From: the human T2T-CHM13v2.0 reference genome, Homo sapiens
Length of the DNA: 64,000 nucleotides
Assembly: GCF_009914755.1 (NCBI RefSeq)
Contig: NC_060943.1
Strand: one strand, 5' to 3'
Numbering within the stretch: the stretch's first letter is position 1; each line of letters begins with the position of its first letter. The position numbers and the translations under genes were made by a program. Of this stretch, positions 1 through 14,922 are shown one piece after another. The notes beneath the pieces are model-generated. The model searched no databases, was not told where the DNA came from, and was given only the letters and a program-made list of their open reading frames with translations.

Positions 1-1460
<1,460 letters not shown>

Positions 1461-1462
1461 TA

Positions 1463-1755
1463 TTTTTTTTTTGAGACACGGTCTAGCTTTGTTGCCCAGG
1501 CTGGAGTGCAGTGGTATGATCACGGCTCACCACAGCCCTAAACTCCTAGGCTCAAGTGATCCTCCCCTCTACAGCCTCTGAGTAGCTGGGACCACAGGCA
1601 CGAGACACCACACCCAGCTAATTTATTAAATTTTTTGTAGAGTTTGGGTCTCCCTATGTTGCCCAGGCTGGTCTCAAATTCCTGGGCCCAAGTGAGCCTC
1701 CCGCCTCAGATTCCCAAAGTGCTGGAATTACAGACATAAGCCACCATGCCCAGCC
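1463..1755 (-). mobile_element. AluJ
   Basis: Diverged antisense Alu. Confidence 0.9.
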
Positions 1756-1872
1756 TTGTTCATGATTAAAAAAAAAAAAAATCTCAGCTAGCTAGGAGTA
1801 GAGAGAACAGCTTAATATAATAAGGAATAGCCACCAAAAACTTACAAAGAACAAGCTGTTTAAGGTAAAACA

Positions 1873-2185
1873 CAGTTGTCCCTCAGTATCCTCAGGGGTT
1901 GGGTCCAGGACCTCCCCGCAGATAGCAAAATTCCTTGATGTTCAAGTCCGTGATATAAATAGCATAATGCTTGCATTTAACCTATGAACAGCCTCCTGCA
2001 CACTTTAAATCATCTCTAGATTACTTATAATACAATGTAAATGCTCCTTAGTTATTGTACTGTTATATTTTTGTATTGTTTTTATTGTTGTATTGCTATT
2101 TTTATTGGGATTTTAAAAAGTATTTTTGACCAGTTTTTGGCTGGGTCCTCAGATGCAGAGTCCAGCGACACAGAGGGCTGAGGGT
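1873..2185. mobile_element. MER2-like (TcMar-Tigger) DNA transposon
   Basis: cagttgtccctcagtatcc end and tttaaatcatctctagattacttataata core; a related copy lies at ~24373-25245. Confidence 0.7.
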
Positions 2186-2410
2186 GTAGAACATGTTCCC
2201 TCTGAGATCACAGATGAGACGTTCTTGCTATCACCACTTGCATTTCACATTGGACTGAACGTTCTATCCAGTGCAAATCCTAGCCAGGCAAGAGAAAGGT
2301 AATAATAGGCAAAAGGATTGTGAAGAAAGAAAGATGAGCCTCATTTTTTATAGATGTGATTGTGTACCTTTGATTGGGAGGGTATATCTGAGAGGCTTGG
2401 GATATGCTGG

Positions 2411-3070
2411 TGTTGGTGAAATATAATTAAAAACAAAATATCCTCCAAACCCAGAGCTCTTCTCCACCCAGGTAGAAGAGAAAGAAAATAGTTTTATTAA
2501 TGGGTAAGCATTAAACCAGAACATGATATGCGAAGAGACTGCAAAGACAGAAAAAAAAAATTTCACCCTTTTATATAGCCAAGCAGATACAACTTATTAC
2601 ATACCTGCTCTCAAGATAAACAACAGCTAGTCCTCAAGTTAAAGAACTTGACAGCTCTATTTGCTGTACATGGTTCACCGTAAATTCACTTGGTTATTGG
2701 GATAGCCAACTGTGTTTGTTAATTGGCTTAATCCAAGGGAAAAATAAACTTCTAGTATCTTTATCACAGGAGGTAGATTTGCTACTTGGGGTGAGGTGCC
2801 CACCAAAGTTAGGCTCCATCCCCTCCCAACAAGAAGCTGGGGAAGATGTTTCGAGGTCCTTGAAAACACCCTCCTGGGTCATAATGCTGGCCGCAGGCTT
2901 ACTTAGCTTTGAAAAAGATTAGTGTAAACGTTGAAGAGAGAGAGACTTGCAATGGCAAAATTTTCTAAAGTAAATGCTCTAAGCAAAGGGGACAAGGAGT
3001 AATCGCTTCCTGAATTTTCAACAGGGAGAATTCATTTTTTTTCGTTTTCGATTTGCATTTGCCTGTACAC
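2411..3070. mobile_element. ERV1-class LTR (subfamily unassigned)
   Basis: TG...CA ends and LTR-like composition. Confidence 0.5.
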
Positions 3071-3383
3071 TGGTAATGTTTTATTTTTTGATTGGAAACC
3101 TGTTTAGACAGACAGGTTTACGTGTAAAAAAAAAATGAGATTTTCTGAATGTAATACTTTTAAAATAAAAAGACAAGGGAAAAATGTTACACAGGCGAAA
3201 GAAACACTCTTGCACCTCATGAGGTTTGACATAAGAAAGCGACACGGTCGGATCTGGTGCTAGAAAGATCCTGCTGGCACTCATGTGGGAGATGGATGAG
3301 AAAGAGAAAGGATGGCGTAGTGGGCAGAGGCAGCCATCAAGAGCAGAGCCTGAAGCCTGGGGATGGGGGAGAGGTGGTGGTTT

Positions 3384-4013
3384 TGTTACCAGAAAGGGGT
3401 CCCGATCAAGACCCCCAGAGAGGGTTCTTGAATCTCGTGCAAGAAAGAATTTGAGGCAAGTCCATAAAGTGAAAGCAAGTTTATTAAGAAAGTAAAGGAA
3501 TAAAAGACTGGCTACTCCATAGGCAGAGCAGCAGCAAGGACTGCTGGACTGAGTCTCCTTATAGTTATTTCCTGAATATATGATAAACAAGGGGTGGATT
3601 ATTTATGAGTTTTCCAGGGAAGGAGTGGAGATTTCCTGGAGCTGAGGGTGCCTCCCCTTTTTAGGCCAGTAGGGGAACTTCCTGAAGTTGCCATGCCATC
3701 TGTGAACTGTCATGGTACTGGTGGGCGTGTCTCTTAGCCTGCTAATGCATTATAATTAGTATATAATGAGCAGTGAGGACCACCAGAGGTCACTTGAATC
3801 GCTATCTTGGTTTCGGTGGGTTTTGGCAGCTTCTTTACCGCAACCTGTTTTATCAGCAGGGTCTTTGCGACTTGTATCTTGTGCCAACCTCCTATTGTCA
3901 TCCTGTGACTAAGAATGCCTTAACCTACTGGGAATGTAGCCCAGTAGGGCTCAGCCTCATTTTACCCAGCCCCTATTCAAGACGGAGTCACTCTGGTTCA
4001 AACCCCTCTGACA
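3384..4013 (-). mobile_element. MER4-family solo LTR
   Basis: TGTTACCAGAAAGGGGTCCCGATC...CTCTGACA ends; 4-bp TSD GTTT at 3380-3383 and 4014-4017. Confidence 0.8.
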
Positions 4014-4290
4014 GTTTGGTGAGAAATCTGGGCAAGACAGGGTCAGATTTGGTGATGTCTTGGATGTGAGGTGGGAGAGCCAAAAGGCATTCCTGACTGT
4101 TTGTCTGGAGTATGGTGGTAACCAAGAAGGGGGAAGCTGGCAGTGATGGTGGGTGTGGACCAAAATTTCAATTCAGGAGGCAGGCAGAGATGTGAGTTTG
4201 GAGATCAGAATGGAGAGACAGCAGTGACAGGAAGCTCTAAGGCAGGAAGGGAAGGCCATCAGCATCAATCATCTCCACGGTTCTCTCCAG

Positions 4291-4418
4291 TTAAACCCTT
4301 CTCAGGCACCACCCCATCCAGGAAACCACTCCCCAAGAGGAAGAACACGTGGAACTTCCTGAAATGCGCCTACATGGTGATGACCTACCTCTTCGTATCC
4401 TACAACAAAGGGGACTGG
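4291..4418 (+). CDS. EDDM13: EDDM13 (epididymal protein 13) internal coding exon, (V)[42 protein letters not shown]
   Basis: Acceptor ttctctccag (4281-4290) and donor GTAAGA at 4419. The 128-nt exon splices in frame to 7096 and 11845. Peptide recognised from memory as the EDDM13 C-terminal region. Confidence 0.85.
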
Positions 4419-4559
4419 GTAAGAAGAAGGCAGCACGGAGGGGAGGAGTGTGAGGAGAGGAAGGAAAGAGGAGGGAAGTGGGGGCACAGAGGAAGCGAAG
4501 GAGGGTGCCTCAGAGGTGCCAAGCAGGAAGTGGTGGGAGAGCCCTTCTGTAAAACACTC

Positions 4560-5035
4560 TCTTCTTCCCACTCTCCCACCCGCCTCCATCTCTCATTTCA
4601 TTCTTCCTTCCTCTCTCCTTCTTCCCTCTTTTCTCCCTCCCTCCCTCCCCTTCCTCCTTCCCTTTCCTCTTCCTTTTTTCTTCCCTCCCTTACTTCCTCC
4701 TTCTCTCTCCTCCCTCCCTATTCTTTCCTCCTCCCTTCATCCCTCCCTTTCTCCCTTCCTTCCTTTCTTCCTCTCTCCGTCTGCTTCCTCCCTCCCTTCT
4801 TCCTTCCCATCCTTCTTCCCTCTCTGCCCTTCTTTCCTTCCTCCCTCCCTCTTCTTCCTCCCCGTTCCTCCCTCCCTCCCCCCTTCCTTTTCTTCCTCCC
4901 CCTTTTCTTCCTCTCCCTCTTCCTCCCTCCCTCCTCCTCCCTTCCTTTTCTTCCCCCCCTCCCTGTTCTTTCCTTCCTCCTTCCCTCCTTCTCTCTCCTT
5001 CCTTCTCTTTCCTTCTTCCCTCCCTCCCACCTCTA
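4560..5035. repeat. CT-rich low-complexity polypyrimidine tract
   Basis: About 470 nt of almost pure C/T. Confidence 0.95.
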
Positions 5036-5501
5036 GACTGGGATAAAACTTCTCCCTTCTGCACTAACACAGCCCCAGGGGCTCCTTTGAAATACTGTCA
5101 CTCATTCTGCCTCTCTCTCTGCCGCTGTCTCTTGTTCTTTCTAAGGGACGTTCATAAGGACCAAGCCTGTTGCTGGTTGCTGGGGACTCTGATGGTTGAG
5201 CTACCTTCAAGAAGGTCCTAATTCTGTAAGGGAGGCAGACATCCACAGAGAGAACCAGATCACCGAGTGGTAGCACTTCATGAGCAGGTGCTAGTGCAGG
5301 AGGCAGTGGCGCTTATCTCAGCCTAGGGGAAGTGTGGGCTCATGGAAGCCTTTCTGCAGGAGGTGACACCTCTGGTGTGGGTTAAGGACAGAATGGAATT
5401 AGCCAATTGAGGAGGGGAAGCAGGGGAAGCATTCCAGAGAAACACCATGTGCGAGACTCAGAGAGGTGAAAATAAGGCAGGGTGCAAGAAACTACAAGCC
5501 A

Positions 5502-5790
<289 letters not shown>

Positions 5791-6627
5791 AAAAAAAAAG
5801 AAGGAAAGGAAGGAAAGGAGGGAGGGAGGGAGGGAGGCAAGACGGAAGGGAAGGAGGGATGGAAGGAAGGACAAGTCATCCTTCATTCATTGATTCAGTC
5901 AGTCTTCAAATATTCACGTGTGTAGAGGACCCATCCTAGATGCTGGGGACTCAGAGAAGAACGGAACCCATAAGGTCCTTGAGTCCCCAGGGCTCCCATG
6001 TTTGGGATAGCAGGAGGACTGCAGAGAAACAAGCAGCCAGCTCCAAAAAACATGAACTAAATCAGGGTGATATCACAGAGTGAGCAGCCATGGCCACGGG
6101 CAGCCTTCCCCGGGCAGGTAACGTCTGGACATAGAGATGAGACAGTGGAAGGATCTTGCCTTCAGAGCAGCTTGGGGGCAACCACTGCAAGCAAAGCAGG
6201 CATGCACAGCAGACCCTGAGGCAGGAACACACTGAGTACCTTCGAGGAACCAAAGGAACATCTATATGACCTGAGAGGGGCAGGGGGGTCCAGGTCATGT
6301 AAGGTTCTCATAGACCACGAGAAGGAAGCTTGTGTTCTAAGCTAGTGGACAGCCGCCAGCAAGATCCCTTCTGAGTTATCAAAGGATCCTTCTCAATGCT
6401 GCCTGTGGAGAGTGGATCGGAATCAGGGCGAGAGTGGGAGCAGACAGACTGAGAGGAGGAGACAGACTGAGAGGAGGCCCGACCAGCCAGCGCAGGGGAC
6501 CTGGCGGTGCTCATGGAGATGAGAGCCGTGCAGCAGTTCTAAAGGAACTGCTTATGCGCTGGGTGTGAGGAATAAGGAAAATGGAGAGACCAGGGAGATG
6601 AGCCTGAGACAGTGACTTCAGTTATGC

Positions 6628-6845
6628 TAGTGGTTCTGAAACGGGGGTGACGTTGCCACCCAGGAGACACTCAGCAGTGTCTGGACCACAGGATTGGTTG
6701 TGACAGCTGGAGGAGGGAGCTCGACTGGCATCCAGTGGGCAGAGGCCAGGGAGGCCACTCAACCTGCCATACGGCCCAGGACAACACGCCACGACAAAAA
6801 TAACCCAGGTCAAAACGTCAGGAACCTGAGGCTGAGAAACCCCAG
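6628..6845. mobile_element. MER20-like (hAT) DNA transposon
   Basis: agtggttct...ggacaacacgcc...ctgagaaacccc layout; similar copies at ~15647-15870 and ~54741-54975. Confidence 0.7.
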
Positions 6846-7095
6846 CTTAGGGGATTGTGCTGCTTATGGGGATGAGGAGAACTGGCTGGAAGATGGGGAA
6901 GAAGGTGGGAGTGGTGAGAGGCGGGCTGAATAGAGAAGCAAGACCAGAAGATGTTACAACCAGAGGGAAAGAGCAGAGGGGGAGGACGGGAAAGAAGCGA
7001 GAGGGGGATGGGGAGAAAGGGAGGTAAGGAAGGAATTCACTCGCCTCACCCCAACTGTTTCTTTCTCTGTTCCCAGTTCACTTTTTCCTCCCAAG

Positions 7096-7133
7096 TGTTA
7101 CTGCCACTACTGTAACTTGGAACTGGACATCAG
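7096..7133 (+). CDS. EDDM13: EDDM13 penultimate coding exon, [12 protein letters not shown](R)
   Basis: Pyrimidine tract plus AAG acceptor at 7093-7095, 38-nt exon, donor GTATGC at 7134. Phases match both neighbouring exons. Confidence 0.8.
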
Positions 7134-7399
7134 GTATGCTATGGCAGGGAAGTGGGCTTTTCCCACCGCTGGGGTGGGGTTAGGGGAGGTTCATCCCAAC
7201 TGCCTGGCATTTGAGGTAAGGAACACAGGTGGATTTGGAAGCTGCAATCATAGAAACCCAGAATTCCATGAGAAGTCCCAAGTTCGTCACCCTTACTTGC
7301 AAGCCACTGCCTGACAGGGGCAAGGAAACACATTGTAAATGACAGGGACGTGCCGGGCAGGAGGAACTCCTTTATAAATTCACTCTATAATTTTTTCAC

Positions 7400-7930
7400 A
7401 AGTCTTAGGACTTGTGGCCCAACACACACGACATAAAATTAACCATTAGTGACATTCAGTACACTCAAAATATTGTGTGGCCATCACCACTAATCTGTTT
7501 CCAGAATCTTCTCATCATCCTAAAAGGGAACTCTGTACCAAGACATCGTCTCTTCCCCCTGTTCCTGGCAACCACTAGTCTACTCTCTGTCTCTGAGAAC
7601 TCACCTACTCTGGTCATTTCATACACATGGAATCATACACTACGTGGCCCTTTGCATCTGGGTTTATTCATTTGGCATAATATTTCCAAGGTTCATCATG
7701 GTATACCTTGTATCAGGACTGTATTCGTTTCTGCTGGATAACACTCCACGGCATGGACATAGCACACTTTGTTTATCCATCATCAGGTAAAGTGCACTGG
7801 GTTGCTCCCACCTTTTGACTGTTGTGAGTCGTGGTGCTATGAACAAGTTATGTTAGAATATCTGTTTTAAAATCTTTTGGGGTACAAACTAGGAGTGGAA
7901 TTGCTAGGTCATATGATAATTCTGTGTTTA
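7400..7930 (-). mobile_element. Old L1M 3' end fragment
   Basis: Antisense L1 3'UTR motifs (catataaatggaatcat-like; ggagtggaattgctaggtcatatg). Confidence 0.7.
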
Positions 7931-8523
7931 TAACGACCCACTGATGCATCCTGGATGCAGTAGTGAACAGGGCAGACAAGATTCCTGAGCTCACAAGAAA
8001 ACAATTAGATGATTACAGGTGATACTTAGAGCTAGAGGAAAAGCTCAGGATATGATGAAAAAGAGAACTAAAGAACCTTGCCCTGGATAGTTGGGTGATG
8101 AAGGAAAGCCTCTTTAGGAAAGTGACAATGAATCAAAGGCCTGTAGAATGAGGGGTTGTCAGATACACAGAAAACAAGTGAAAGAGCCTCCAGGTGAAGG
8201 AACTGGCTTGTACGAAGGCCCTGGGGTGGAAAGTGGCCTAGATGTGCCTGGAGTCAGAAAGAAAAATGGGGGCAGGAGAAGGGGGAGGGAGTGGGAGGGC
8301 ACTATGGGAGGAGTGTGGGTGACATGCTCAGCAGACCACCTCAGACCTGGAAGATTAGAGCAAGCATTTTAGACCCAACCTTCAGAGCCATGGGAAGCCA
8401 CGGAAAGGCTGTCAGTGAGAAAGAGACACGTCCCAGTGACATGAAGTGTAGAGGCCAGTTAAGAGGCTACTCAGTTTCCACGAGATGACGGTAGCCTGGT
8501 CAAGGCTAGGGTCCAGGGTACGG

Positions 8524-8942
8524 AGAGAAAGTACGAAAGACAGATGGGAGGTTTCTCTTCCCTCGATAGCTGCAAAGAGGGTCCCCCTGGCCTCTCCCGC
8601 ATCGCCAGAGAAAGTACTAAGGACAGATGGGAGATTTCTCTTCCCTTGATAGCTACAAAGAGGCTCCTCCCTGGCCTCTCCCACGTCGCCAGAGAAAGTA
8701 CTAAGGACAGATGGGAGATTTCTCTTCCCTTGATAGCTACAAAGAGGCTCCTCCCTGGCCTCTCCCACGTCGCCAGAGAAAGTACTAAGGACAGATGGGA
8801 GATTTCTCTTCCCTTGATAGCTACAAAGAGGCTCCTCCCTGGCCTCTCCCACGTCGCCAGAGAAAGTACTAAGGACAGATGGGAGATTTCTCTTCCCTTG
8901 ATAGCTACAAAGAGGCTCCTCCCTGGCCTCTCCCACGTCGCC
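8524..8942. repeat. Minisatellite, 84-bp unit x5
   Basis: Unit agagaaagtactaaggacagatggg...cccacgtcgcc starts at about 8524, 8607, 8691, 8775 and 8859; the last four copies appear identical. Confidence 0.95.
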
Positions 8943-9755
8943 TGCCTTTCATCCTCTCCCTGGCATCCCCAGTGCCCTTTTTACATTAAAAAATGTCAAC
9001 TCGATCATGCGATATACCCCCACCCCCTGCTGCAGTCCTGCTTAAATCCACCAGTGGAAACTCACCAACTATGATGAGTGTCTTTCAAACTTTAAAAGAA
9101 AGAAAATCCAAAACACTTTTCTACTGAAATCTTACATGGAATCCCAATATATAAAAAATTCTAAGTTGCTTTTCATTACCAGAGGTACTTTTCCTAAGGT
9201 TAACTGTGTGACATTTACTTATTATGAAGTGAGGTGATGAGATTTGCAAGCACAGGGTACAGAAGGCCTCTGCTGTCTTACGTTACTCTCTTTTACCCCG
9301 TATCTTGCAGTGTTTCCTTTTAATTGTTCATACGGAGAAAAATCTGAGCCCACAGAGATAAGTCACTGCAAATGCCTAATAGTTTGCCTTGTGAAGTGTA
9401 CATGCCCTTCAGGTAATACAATTTTTTCCCCAAGGTCTGTATGTAAAACATGCAACAGGTTGGTGTGGCTCTCCAGTGAATAAAAATTTCAGTCCATGTG
9501 CTATATTTTGGGTACACACCTATTTTAAAAAATAGTTTAATTTTTGAAATGAAAATCAAAGCAAACCTTTGTGGAATTCCTAAAAGATCCCAAGTTTTCA
9601 GGGAACCTGGCAGGAAGCCTCTGCCCCATTGATCAAGTTCAGGTCTCTGGCATGGTACCCAAGGGTTCTCAGGCTCCAAGCTCCTCCTGCTTCTCTAAAC
9701 TTTTCTCCACTTCTCTTGATCCCCCCACCCACATTCCATCCCCTGTCCATATTAA

Positions 9756-10350
<595 letters not shown>

Positions 10351-10779
10351 TAAATCATTTCTGATTCCCCCCAAAACATCACATTTTTTTTCCCGCTCCA
10401 TTATGCCATTGCACACATTGATTCCTTGATCTCTGTCTACCTAGAAAAGTCCTCCTCAGTCCTCAAGATTCACCTAAGCAATGCTTTGGTTCAGGAACCA
10501 ACAGCAATCCTTCAGATTCCACTGGGGAGGATGCTGAAGGAAATGAATGGTGTTGAACGGTTTCTCAGGCTCTCTTCAACCATACATTAAAGCACCGGTC
10601 AAACCAGATAGTTATTTTCATATAAAGGTGTGCTTTCAACCCATTAGGCAAGAGGTTGGCAAACTTTCTCTGTGAAGGGCCAAATATTACGTGTTGGCTT
10701 TTCAGGTCATATGGTCTGTTGCAACTACTCTAGTCAAAGCAATCGTAGAGAATACACTGATGGCTGTGACTGTACCCAA

Positions 10780-11200
10780 CAACTGATGAAAGGATAAACA
10801 AAACGTAGTGCATTCATACAATGGATTATTATTCAGCCCCCAAAAGAGGAATGGGGTCCTGGCACGTGCAACAACACGGCTGAACCTTGAAAACACTGTG
10901 TTGAGTGAAAGAAGCAGACACAAAAGATCACACAGTAGATGATGCCATGTATATGAAACAGACAGATCTGGCAAATTCAAAGAGACAGAAGGCCAATTAC
11001 TAGTTGTCAGGGGCTGAGGGGAAGAAGGAACAAGGGGAGTGACTGCTTAATGGATTTCTTTTTTGGGTTGATGAAAATGTTCCACTCTTAGAAGTGACAA
11101 CTGCACAACATGGCGAATGTAATGAAGGCCACTAAATTGTGCCCTTTCAAAATGGTTAAAATGGTGAATTTTATGTTATGCATTATGTTTGCATTTTACC
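10780..11200 (+). mobile_element. L1MB-like 3' end fragment
   Basis: Typical L1M 3'UTR (tgaaccttgaaaacact...gtgaaagaagcagacacaaaag). Confidence 0.7.
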
Positions 11201-11844
11201 TCAGTTACAAAAAGAAACTTTATTAAAAGGGATGCAGGCTGCAGTTGGCCCTGCGGAACACAGTTTGAGGGCCCCTGCTCACATAGACTGTGAGCCCCTG
11301 TGGGAGCAGGAAGTACCCCTGATCCATCCCTGGAACTCCAGCACCCAGAAGCAAACCTTAAGGTGCTCTTCCTGCAACTCTGAGTGACTCCAGCACACCA
11401 GGCTAGGGGGTGCAGCCCAGCCAGGCCTGGGCAGTCCCTGCTCCTGCGGGGCGCGCCCTCTAGTGGGAGGTAGGGGTGCAACACAAGCTCAGGCCCGGCG
11501 CCGGGACAGTGAGGAACTGGAGGGGGCGCTGCTTCCCACTGGCTGGTTTCTAGAAGAGCCCTGCTCTGAGGAGGAGACACTTGCCCTGGTGATGGGGCAG
11601 AGCTAGGGTCCATAAGATCTGAGGGAAGCGTGTTCCAGCTGCTGGAACAGCCCGGTGGGAATAGGGACAAACTTGGTGGAACCTAGTGAGTGGGGAGAAT
11701 GGGCTAAGCTGGAGGGAGGAGGTGGGCTTGAGGCAGGTCACAAAGAGCCCTGTAGAGGTGGATGGAGAGGGCACCAGGCAAGGAGTTTGAGAATGCATGA
11801 AGACGAAAATCAATGCACAAATACATTTCTCTCTCCTTTCTTAG

Positions 11845-11869
11845 GGATGATCCCTGCTGTTCTTTCTAG
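11845..11869 (+). CDS. EDDM13: EDDM13 last coding exon, (R)DDPCCSF*
   Basis: Acceptor ctctcctttcttag ending 11844; G GAT GAT CCC TGC TGT TCT TTC TAG completes the frame; 3'UTR runs to AATAAA at 12149. Confidence 0.8.
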
Positions 11870-12148
11870 TGAGCCTGCTCCATCTCAGCTTAGCCTTCAC
11901 AAGGCCTCCATCTCCCAGGCATTCTAACCTCTGAAGAAAGCTCTCTGTCCCCTGGACTGCCTGTGTGGAGGGTAATGAACTGGGTCCTTTAAGGAATGGC
12001 ACCTGGGTGCCCAGAGGCATGGCCGGAAGGTGTCTGTGGGGGCCATGCCTTAGGGGGATGCACCCAGGGCGGCTGAGAGAGCAACTGCAGGAGTTTCCCC
12101 TAAAATCTCTCCTCCAGATCGTTCTCGAACTTTCCCCACTACTTCCAT

Positions 12149-12154
12149 AATAAA
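12149..12154 (+). terminator. EDDM13: Polyadenylation signal of EDDM13
   Basis: AATAAA ~280 nt after the stop codon. Confidence 0.7.
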
Positions 12155-13399
12155 ATGTATACTTGTTGAAATGGCTGAAAAGGCTGGGTTATTCCATTCG
12201 CCCAACACTGAAAACTAACAGGTATGCTGGTGGATTACCAAGAATCAAACGCTATCAGTTAACTGTGCACTTTACAGGTGAAGACACTACAGCTCAGAGA
12301 GACCGATGGCTCGTCCAACATCACACTAAGCTACACAGCTGAGATTTGACCCAGTTGGACTCATTCCAAAGTCCGTATTCTTTTGTGTAAAGATTTGGGG
12401 CTGCCCCCACCGTCCTGAGGAAATACAGTTGTGAGGATATGGCTGTTCCAGGAGGAAGCCGTATCCAGCTCTCCAGCCTGCATGTTTCTTGCCTATTCTG
12501 GAGGAGGTTCCTTGTCCTGGTTGAAAGCTTTGGCTCTGGAGACAGGTTTCTTGGGTTCGAATCCCAGCTCCACCCCTTAATAGATATGCAGGCTTGGGGA
12601 AGGTATTGTCTCTTAATGCCTTATTTTATCATCTGTAAAATGGGGATAGTAACAGTAGGGTAGAAGTTCTCTTATCATCATGATCAGAACCATCACTGGT
12701 TGGTTCATCAAATAAGTTGGTTCCAATAGGTAATTAAAAATACTTTTACCATTTTGTTTTAAAATATAAAATAGTACAGGCATTTGCTAATCTTTTGATA
12801 TAAGACCAGGGGGTTTCATTGTTGTTGTTGTATAGGTCTATGGACCTACAATTTCCAGTTTGTCCCTTAAAAGGGCAGCGGAGACACAGGCATGCTTGCA
12901 AAGCTATTTAAGCAAAATCCTCACTGCATTAAAAAAAAGAAAAAGATCATCCCTATAGCCATCTTGCTCATTCCAACTTGACATATTTTTTGTTGTTGCT
13001 CTTATTAACAATCGGCCTTTATCACATCTTTCCCACTGAATTACTGTTTCGGGTGGAAACAATTCTTTGCTGATGCACTCATATTTTCCTCATTTATGTT
13101 AAATGTAATTGCATTACATAATTGAAATAAAATCCATTAGAATGAAAAGGTTTAGAATAAATGCAACTCAACTAGCTCTGGGTAGTCACACAACTGAACC
13201 AATAGAGAAGAATGAAGGCATATTAGAAAGCACTGCACTAGCCAGGGGCATTCAGTGAGCCTGAAGCATCAGTTGGTATATTTCATAGACGGATGGAAAA
13301 TTCTTTTACCCCAGGGATCATTTTAAAGTGGAGTTTAAGAAACAGTCTACTGAGTTTGCCTCATAGAGGTAAAGTTTAAATGAGATAATATATATATAT

Positions 13400-13605
13400 T
13401 TTTAAGTTCCACGATACATGTGCAGGCTGTGCAGTTTTGTTACACAGGTAAATGTGTGCCATGGTAGTTTGCTGCCCCTATCAATCCATCACCTAGGTAT
13501 TCAGCCCAGCAGGCATTAGCTATTTTTCCAATGCTCTCCCTCCCCACAATCCCATACCCCGACAGGCCCCAGTGCGTGTTGTTCACCCCTATGTGTTCAC
13601 GTGTT
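13400..13605 (-). mobile_element. L1PA 3' end, 5'-truncated
   Basis: atacatgtgcagg...ccatcacctaggtatt antisense L1 terminus. Confidence 0.8.
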
Positions 13606-14922
13606 CTAAATAAGATAATATTTCTAAAACACACTGCCTGGCACATAGTTCTCAATTAATGTATTGTTATTATCTAGGGCAGTGTTATCCAATAAAAATC
13701 TGTGAGCCACACTTATTTCACACTTCCTACTAGCCCAGAAGCCCGGTAAAATCAATTTGAATAATATGTACGATTTAATTCAATATATCCAAGATACATT
13801 TCAACATGTAGTCAATAAAAAAAATTATTAATGAGATCAGTTATATCCTTCATTTTGTATGAAGTCTTTGAAATCCATTGTGTATTTTTCACTTATGGCA
13901 CATCTCAATTTGAATGCTAAAATTGATCTGCAATTATATTTTCTAACATTTATAGTTAAAGAGTAGATCCACATATCCAAGTTGTTCCAAACAGGGTTAA
14001 AGGTTGTCTGATAACTGAACCAAGTATCAATTTAAAATTTTTCATTAAAATTAAAAAAAATTTACAAGTCAGTTCCTGCCCATAATCCAAGTCTAGTCAT
14101 AAGCAAGCATCATACAATTCCAAATGGAGGGACATTTTACAGAACACCTAGTCCGTACACCTCAAAACTGTCAAAATCATTAAAAACAAGGAGAGTCAGA
14201 CACACTGCTGCAGATCAGAGGAGGGCAGGAAGACATGGCAACTAAATGTCATGTGGTGTCCCACATGTGACCCCAGCACAGGAAAAGGACGTTAGAGAAA
14301 AAACTGGGGAAATGTGAATAAAGTCTGGCGTTAACAGTACTGTAGCAATGTTACGGTTCTGACATATCTACTAGGCTTATATAAGATGTTAACAGTAGTG
14401 GCAGTGGGGAAGGGGTACATGAGAATGCTCTGTACTGTATCATTGCAACTTTTCTGTAAATATAAAATTATCCCAAAATTAAAAATGTAAAATAAAAAAT
14501 ATTCCACTCTTCAGCTGCACTTATCTTACGTGTTTGTGTCCCCATGTCCTCCTCTGTTAAATGGGGATGTAGACTGCACCTATTTCATACAGTCATCGTG
14601 GGAATTAAAGATGGTGTTTCCACAGAAATCCTGCAACCATAGTTCAGGCATTGTCAGCACACCATGCTTGTTAGCGCCAGTTACTGTTACTGCTGCTGCT
14701 ATGATTATGATTGTTTATTTGTAAGTGCAGAGGTCTGGGCTCCCATCTCCAGACATTCTGACTGAGTTGATATGGCTGTGTTTGCATAACAGCTCATAGG
14801 AAGCTCTTGTCTTTTCTTACAGCAACTCATGTGCAAACAGGGCTGATCCTTTAAAATGTAATAAAGAAACTGCTAAAAGCCACGGAAACCACCCAGTAAG
14901 TTGATGACAGACAGATGGAAGA

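Noticed and set aside
4143-5070. Long ORFs (297, 198 and 126 aa) rich in P/S/L/F or G/R/E
   Set aside because: They arise from the CT-rich tract, which lacks stop codons; only 4291-4418 is a real exon.
8412-9074. 174/176-aa repeat proteins on both strands
   Set aside because: Translation of the 84-bp minisatellite; no supporting gene structure.
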